DNA of 64,000 nucleotides, taken from an uncultured Coriobacteriaceae bacterium (GTDB taxonomy: Bacteria > Actinomycetota > Coriobacteriia > Coriobacteriales > Atopobiaceae). Location: positions 3,114 to 67,113 of the forward strand of contig USBN01000004.1 of assembly GCA_900552935.1 (NCBI GenBank), written 5' to 3'. The notes below the pieces were generated by a model. That model was not told the DNA's origin. It ran no database searches and saw nothing but the letters and a program-made list of their open reading frames with translations. The position numbers and the translations under genes are program-made. This document shows positions 58,645 to 64,000 of this stretch, one piece after another; the stretch's first letter is position 1, and the number at the start of each line of letters is the position of its first letter.

Positions 58645-58842
58645 AACAGAGAAGTATAGCTTTGGTGACGGGGGAGTCAACGGGCGGGTTTTGCATCTGC
58701 GGGTACGGCGTAACGCTCCGCAAGTCCATGCGGCGTGACGCGTAAATGTCCATGCGACGCACCGTCCTGCAGCTCCATGCGGCGTACCGCGTAAAAAAGA
58801 AGCAGGCCAGAGGCTCGAATTCCTCTGGCCTGCTGCAATGTC

Positions 58843-58919
58843 TGGTGCCCCCAGCGGGATTCGAACCCGCGATATCCACCTTGAAAGGGTGGCGTCCTGG
58901 GCCGCTAGACGATGGGGAC
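58843..58919 (-). tRNA. tRNA-Glu(TTC)
   Basis: Reverse complement reads GTCCCCA...CT TTC AA...TGGGGGCACCA; terminator at about 58794-58834. Confidence 0.96.
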
Positions 58920-59034
58920 GGCGAACGAGAGTATATCAGAGCATGCGGCTTGTTATGCCGCGCTTTACGCAATTCGCAATGAGACCCGGCTTTGGCGTGC
59001 GTCGAAGGATTCCGCTGCGAATTCGGTGCTCCAC

Positions 59035-60075
59035 CTACCAGTCGAGGTCGTTATCGCGTGCGAATTTCTCTGCCTGCGCGGCGAAGCCGTCCTGCGCGGT
59101 CGCCCACGCGAGGAAGTCGGGCGTGTCCATCACGACGGAATCGCACTCGTGAACGGCGAGCACCGCTTCCTCAAAGCTGCCCGGTTCAAAAGCGGGGCGA
59201 TCGGGGAGGTACCCTTCGACGAAGGTCGGCCGAAGAAGGGCGTAGGCGCCGCCTCGGCACAGGCTCGTGTACCCACGAAGGGCGCGGCGAGCGGCGGGCA
59301 TGCGGTCGAGTTTAAACATGAGCAGCGTGCGTGCGAGGTGGTTCCACGCGTTGCCTTGCCTGCCGAATCGTGCGTCGAGGGCATCGAAGCCCTTCTCGTC
59401 CTCAAGGCGCGCGAGTGCGATTGCCCAGGTATATCGAGCGCCGAGCTGGTCTGTGGGGTCGAGCTCGATGAGGCGCTCGCACGTTTTACAGGCGTTCTTG
59501 TAGCGGGCGGTCTCGAGCCTCGCGCGAGCGATGGAGCTTAGCAGGCGCAGGCGAGGGCGTGCAAAGACGTCGTTCCACTCGGAGACGGTGGCGAGAGAGG
59601 CCTCGTCACCGTCTGACATGGGATCATCTGCCCCCGGCGCGGACGGGGAGGTGTCGCCTTCCTTCTCCCTCGGCTCTGTATCAAGTTCGATCTCATTAGC
59701 GAGCTCCAGGAGCGCCGCCAGCGAGGCATCGGGGTCCTTGGCGCCAAGCATGGCAGCGATCGTGCGAGCGTCGAGGCAATCCCCGTCCATGGAGATCGCC
59801 TCCGCGCATGCCGCACGAAGCTTGTCGAGCCTGCGATTGCGGGAGGATTCGTATCCCTCGTCGTCGAGAAACTCCTCCTCCGCCTGGGTGAGGTCATTGG
59901 CGGCGAGTGCGTCGGCAAGGTGTTTGAACGCGACGTCTCCCTTGTGTTCGAGGAACGAATCGGGGTCTCTCGTGACGGCAAGCCTGAGCTCGTCGAAGGC
60001 GTCTTCCGAGAGCTTGCCGAGTTTTTCAGCGCGTCGCCATGACAGGCGGTCAATCAGCTCGTCTGCGTATTTCAT
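59035..60075 (-). CDS. Hypothetical alpha-helical (TPR-like) protein, paralog 2
   Basis: ELDPTDQLGARYTWAIALARLEDEKGF; ATG overlaps the upstream stop (ATGA). Confidence 0.75.
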   Translation of the reverse strand: MKYADELIDRLSWRRAEKLGKLSEDAFDELRLAVTRDPDSFLEHKGDVAFKHLADALAANDLTQAEEEFLDDEGYESSRNRRLDKLRAACAEAISMDGDCLDARTIAAMLGAKDPDASLAALLELANEIELDTEPREKEGDTSPSAPGADDPMSDGDEASLATVSEWNDVFARPRLRLLSSIARARLETARYKNACKTCERLIELDPTDQLGARYTWAIALARLEDEKGFDALDARFGRQGNAWNHLARTLLMFKLDRMPAARRALRGYTSLCRGGAYALLRPTFVEGYLPDRPAFEPGSFEEAVLAVHECDSVVMDTPDFLAWATAQDGFAAQAEKFARDNDLDW

Positions 60076-61115
60076 GACTGGCCCTCCTTGAGCGTCGGGT
60101 CGATTGCGACCTCGCGAGCGTAGGCCTCGGCGACATCGGGCCTCGAAGAGACCCATGAGCCGAGCGTGCCACGCTCATTGGCGTCGAAGCCTTCCTGCAG
60201 TAGGACCGTCGCCTCGGAGGTAGCGAGGATGAGCTCGTCTTCGCTCCCGGGTGCGACGCAGATGCGGCAGAAGATGCCGTCCGGTAGGTCATCCTGGCGA
60301 GTGAGCGTGGTCCCCGCGTTGGGATATGCCGCTATGATCGCGCGAATCTCCTCCTCGGCGGCATCACGGTCCTCCCGCTTGAAGGCGAGGGCCATGCGCG
60401 CGAGGGAATACCAGGCGGCACCGGGCAGGGGGCCGTTGCCGGCGGCCTTGCGGGCATCGGCGTAAAGCGACGCGAACGCCTCTTCGTCCTCGAGCTTTGC
60501 GTATGCGATGGCGAGTGTGAGGCGCACGCCAACAGGGTCGCTCGGGTCGAGCTCGAGCGCCTCGTTGGCGAGCCGTATGCCAAGACGGTAGCGGCCGCAG
60601 ACGAGCGCGTTGGATGCTTCGATGGCAATCCAACGGAGATAGGGGCGGAAGGCAAGCAACGTGGCGACATCCTTGAGGTTGCCCTCGGGAAGCTCGTATG
60701 AAGCCGCGTCGCGTTCACATGCCTCGCGAACGCCGGCGGCGTTGTCTGCGAGGTAACGGTGGTAGGCGGTGGGAGATCCGCTTGACGCGGCGGCAAGCAT
60801 GCGGCGTGCGTCATGGCACGAGGGGTCTAGGTCGAGCGCCTCGTTGAGGCATTTGCGTGCTTCGAGGATGATCTTCTGCGCGACGGAATCATCCGTGGCG
60901 AAGGGCAACTGGTAGTCAACGAGGTCACTCGCCTTGACCACGAGGTGGAAGGCGCGGTCTGCGTCCGTTTGCGGAAGTGAGTCCCTGTTGGAGCGATAGC
61001 GACGAGCGAAATCCGCCGCGGCGCGCGCGGCGCCAAAGGGATCTCGAGGGTCGAGATCGCGGGCAAAGCGCACGCTCAGGCGCTGGTAGTCTTCAAAATG
61101 TGGGTCGATGGACAT
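60072..61115 (-). CDS. Hypothetical alpha-helical (TPR-like) protein, paralog 1
   Basis: ELDPSDPVGVRLTLAIAYAKLEDEEAF; AGGAGA RBS. Confidence 0.75.
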   Translation of the reverse strand: MSIDPHFEDYQRLSVRFARDLDPRDPFGAARAAADFARRYRSNRDSLPQTDADRAFHLVVKASDLVDYQLPFATDDSVAQKIILEARKCLNEALDLDPSCHDARRMLAAASSGSPTAYHRYLADNAAGVREACERDAASYELPEGNLKDVATLLAFRPYLRWIAIEASNALVCGRYRLGIRLANEALELDPSDPVGVRLTLAIAYAKLEDEEAFASLYADARKAAGNGPLPGAAWYSLARMALAFKREDRDAAEEEIRAIIAAYPNAGTTLTRQDDLPDGIFCRICVAPGSEDELILATSEATVLLQEGFDANERGTLGSWVSSRPDVAEAYAREVAIDPTLKEGQS

Positions 61116-61455
61116 GCTCTCCTCCTTTGAATCTTATGGTAGCAAGGAGAACGTTTGACCTGCGGCGGGACGGGCGTTTCTCCCGCCTTTGCCGCGCGGC
61201 CTTGGCAGCACTTGTCTCGGCGTCGCCGCCCGCCGAGCGACAAGAGTGGTCGCTCGAGTCGCATGACTCGCGCGGGATAGTCTTGAGAGCGCGTGAAACT
61301 ACATAACTTCTGCATAATGTTACGCGTCTGTTTCCAATGTTATTCAGTAAGCATCTTTTTGTTGACACTGTCGTGCCACGCGACGAAGATGCAGAACCAT
61401 CCACTGGGGATGGCGCGTGGGGATACGCGCCAAGGTGAATCAGGAGCACATCGCA

Positions 61456-61497
61456 ATGAACAAGCAGCTATCCATTATTGAGGTCGTCATTATCTAA
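61456..61497 (+). CDS. Branched-chain amino acid leader peptide MNKQLSIIEVVII
   Basis: AGGAG RBS at 61442-61446; 7 of 13 codons are Ile, Val or Leu; followed by alternative hairpins and a terminator. Confidence 0.8.
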   Translation: MNKQLSIIEVVII

Positions 61498-61544
61498 GAC
61501 GGGTGGCTGAATGCGAGCCGCCCGAATCTTCGGGCGGCCTTATG

Positions 61545-61585
61545 AGGGGCCGCAGGGTGATAAAAACCCAGCGGCCCCTTTTCTT
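61545..61585 (+). terminator. Attenuator terminator upstream of cstA
   Basis: AGGGGCCGC...GCGGCCCCT stem followed by TTTCTT, about 40 nt before the cstA start. Confidence 0.82.
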
Positions 61586-61622
61586 GTCTCGCGATTATCT
61601 CTTGGTACGGAAGGAGCTATTT

Positions 61623-63473
61623 GTGAACGGAATCGCTGTTATGGTCGTTTGTGCGGCCGTGCTCTTTGCCGGCTACATGCTTTATGGTCGCTGGCTGGCC
61701 AATAAGTGGGGCGTCGATGTGAGCGCCGTCACCCCGGCTCGTCGTATGGAGGATGGCAACGCCTTCTCCCCGGCCTCTGCCTTCACCGTCTTTTCGCACC
61801 AGTTCAGCTCGATCTGTGGCGCTGGCCCTGTTACGGGCACCATCGTCGCCATGGCCTTCGGCTGGCTGCCCGTCGTCCTGTGGGTTCTCGTCGGCGGCAT
61901 CTTCTTCGGCGCCGTCCACGACTTTGGCGCCCTCTATGCCTCGATGAAGAACAATGGCAAGTCGCTCGCCCAGCTCGTTGACAAGTACATCGGCAAGACT
62001 GGCCGCCGCCTGTTCCTGCTCTTCTGCTGGCTCTTCTGCATCATCGTCATCGCTGCCTTCACCTCGATGGTCTGCGGCACGTTTGCCCAGTCCGCCAAGG
62101 CTTCCGACGCCGTGAACTACGCCGCCGCCTCCACGGGCACGATCTCGATCCTGTTCACGTTCGTCGCTATCGCCTTTGGCTGGGCCCGTAACAAGTTCAA
62201 CCTCACGGGTGCTGCCGAGTTCGTCGTCGCCGTCGTCATGGTCGTTGCCATGTTCGCCGTCGGCATGGTTGCCCCGCTGCGTCTCGGCACCAACACCTGG
62301 ATCGCCATCGTCATGGTCTACCTGGTCTTTGCCGGCGCCATGCCCATCCAGACGCTCAAGCAGCCGCGTGATTACCTCACGACCATCATGATGCTCACCA
62401 TGATCGTCTGCGCCGTCTTCGGCATCGTCGTCCTCGGCGTCAACGGTCAGGCTACGATGACCGCCCCGATGTTCACTGGCTTCTCCACGAAGTCCGGAAT
62501 GATGTTCCCCGTCCTGTTCGTCTCCGTCGCTTGCGGCGCCCTCTCTGGCTTCCACAGCCTCGTCTCCTCTGGCACCTCCTCCAAGCAGGTCTCTAACGAG
62601 GCCGACGCCGTGAAGGTTGGCTATGGCGCGATGGTCCTCGAGTCCTTCGTCGGCATCCTCGCCATCGTCATCGCTGGCATCATGTGGTCTACGGTCAACA
62701 CCCTTGGTGCCGATGGCGCTGAGGTGGGTACGGCCTTCCAGGTCTTCGCCCGCGGCGTCGCCAAGGGCATGACCGCCTTCGGCGTCGATAGCATCGTCGC
62801 CACCGTGTTCATGCAGATGAACGTTTCCGCCCTCTGCCTGACCTCGCTTGATGCCGTTGCCCGCATCGCGCGCACCTCCTTCTCCGAGTTCTTCGCCTCC
62901 TCCAACGACGCTCTGGCCATCGACTCCAAGAGCGGCGCCATGAAGGTCCTCGGCAACCCCTGGTTCGCCACGGTCGTCACGCTGGTTCCGGGCCTGGCCC
63001 TCACCTTCGGTGGCTACCTCAACATCTGGCCGCTCTTCGGTGCTTCTAACCAGCTGCTCGGCGGCATGACGATGATCACGCTTGCCGTGTTCTGCAAGTG
63101 CACCGGCCGCAAGGGCTGGATGCTCTACGTGCCCGTCGCCTTCCTGCTCTGCTGCACCTTCACCTCGCTGGTCCAGAGCGCCATGGGCTGCATGACCGCT
63201 GTCCAGACTTACGGCTTCTTCGGCACCATCCCGGCTACCGCCACCACGGCCGCCGTCTCCGTCGCCGCCACCAAGGGCTTGCAGCTCGTTTTCGCCGTCC
63301 TGCTGATGGTCCTGGGCCTCATCGTCGCCGTCAACTGCCTCAAGGAGTTCTTCGGCAAGGAGGCCGGCTCCATGCCCGACGAGGAGCCCGAGTGGTCCGA
63401 GATGGGCAAGGCCGAGTACGGTCGCGCCGCTGCCGCTGAAGTTCCTGCCGACGCCGAGGCCGCCAAGGCCTAG
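61623..63473 (+). CDS. cstA: CstA-family transporter (carbon starvation protein A)
   Basis: HQFSSICGAGP, GAVHDF, VACGALSGFH and IWPLFGASNQLL motifs; GTG after AAGGAG; terminator at about 63513-63552. Confidence 0.95.
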   Translation: MNGIAVMVVCAAVLFAGYMLYGRWLANKWGVDVSAVTPARRMEDGNAFSPASAFTVFSHQFSSICGAGPVTGTIVAMAFGWLPVVLWVLVGGIFFGAVHDFGALYASMKNNGKSLAQLVDKYIGKTGRRLFLLFCWLFCIIVIAAFTSMVCGTFAQSAKASDAVNYAAASTGTISILFTFVAIAFGWARNKFNLTGAAEFVVAVVMVVAMFAVGMVAPLRLGTNTWIAIVMVYLVFAGAMPIQTLKQPRDYLTTIMMLTMIVCAVFGIVVLGVNGQATMTAPMFTGFSTKSGMMFPVLFVSVACGALSGFHSLVSSGTSSKQVSNEADAVKVGYGAMVLESFVGILAIVIAGIMWSTVNTLGADGAEVGTAFQVFARGVAKGMTAFGVDSIVATVFMQMNVSALCLTSLDAVARIARTSFSEFFASSNDALAIDSKSGAMKVLGNPWFATVVTLVPGLALTFGGYLNIWPLFGASNQLLGGMTMITLAVFCKCTGRKGWMLYVPVAFLLCCTFTSLVQSAMGCMTAVQTYGFFGTIPATATTAAVSVAATKGLQLVFAVLLMVLGLIVAVNCLKEFFGKEAGSMPDEEPEWSEMGKAEYGRAAAAEVPADAEAAKA

Positions 63474-63656
63474 TCGGTCGGACGGGTTGAATCTCCCATC
63501 TATTTGACTCGGAAAGACCGGGTCCGCAATCAAGCGGACCCGGTCTTTTTTCTTGTGAGAACAGGTGGTGCAAGGGCGTTCTCGCAGATGTTTTGCGTGG
63601 ATAGGCTCGTGCGTTGTACCATATGGACGTATATGTGTGCATATGAAAGGGGCCCC

Positions 63657-64000
63657 GTGGCCAAGACGGTATATTCCGATAATCAAAACAATGTCGATGC
63701 TCTGGCTGAGCGTCTGAGCAGCCAGACATCGCTTTCTGCCGAGCGCGCCAAGCTGGTTGCCTACGACCTGCTCTGCCGCAAGGCACTCAAGATTAAGTCG
63801 AGCGCGCTGGCGCAGATTTTCCGCTCCGTCGATAAGGAATGCGACACCAAGGCGATGCGCGATGAGCTTATCGCGGCAAATATCGTGACCAAGATCGAGG
63901 GCAGCGGCATTAACGGGCGCCCGGCGTTCTATACCATCAATGTCGAGATCCGCGATACCCAGGAGCAGCCTGCCGAGTCCGTCGAAGATTTTGTCGTCGA
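63657..64000 (+). CDS. 5' part of a hypothetical protein (runs off the window)
   Basis: GTG after AAAGGGG; frame stays open to the window end (MAKTVYSDNQNN...). Confidence 0.6.
   Translation, partial: MAKTVYSDNQNNVDALAERLSSQTSLSAERAKLVAYDLLCRKALKIKSSALAQIFRSVDKECDTKAMRDELIAANIVTKIEGSGINGRPAFYTINVEIRDTQEQPAESVEDFVV

Overview
High-GC, mostly core-genome region; gene content and order are consistent with a Coriobacteriia/Atopobiaceae-like actinobacterium (inference). In order it carries: a LytS/LytTR two-component pair; an intact IS3-family element inserted into a hairpin; trxA, pgi, a DEAD-box helicase, a CapA-family gene and an aminotransferase; a lower-GC IclR-associated sugar-acid catabolic cluster; a TrpP-type ECF transporter; an LPXTG surface protein bracketed by REP-like palindromes; SRP RNA, dedA, a ROK kinase and dnaX-ybaB-recR; tRNA-Asp, HAD/Rrf2/MutY-like genes and rubrerythrin; a glgB-glgP-glgC-glgD-glgA-(GH13/GH77 fusion) glycogen operon; mfd, an SGNH-MazG fusion, divIC, ppx, tRNA-Leu, sdpRI, tRNA-Glu, a paralogous helical-repeat gene pair and cstA. 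The best signals are two leader-peptide attenuators too short for the ORF track. One is an Ile/Val/Leu-rich peptide (MNKQLSIIEVVII) with alternative hairpins and a terminator in front of cstA; the other is a Trp-triplet peptide in front of the TrpP ECF transporter. Also notable are an unassigned structured RNA candidate at about 26.06-26.28 kb and the catabolic cluster with a stand-alone PTS EIIC. All calls come from reading the sequence by eye; no searches or folding programs were run.
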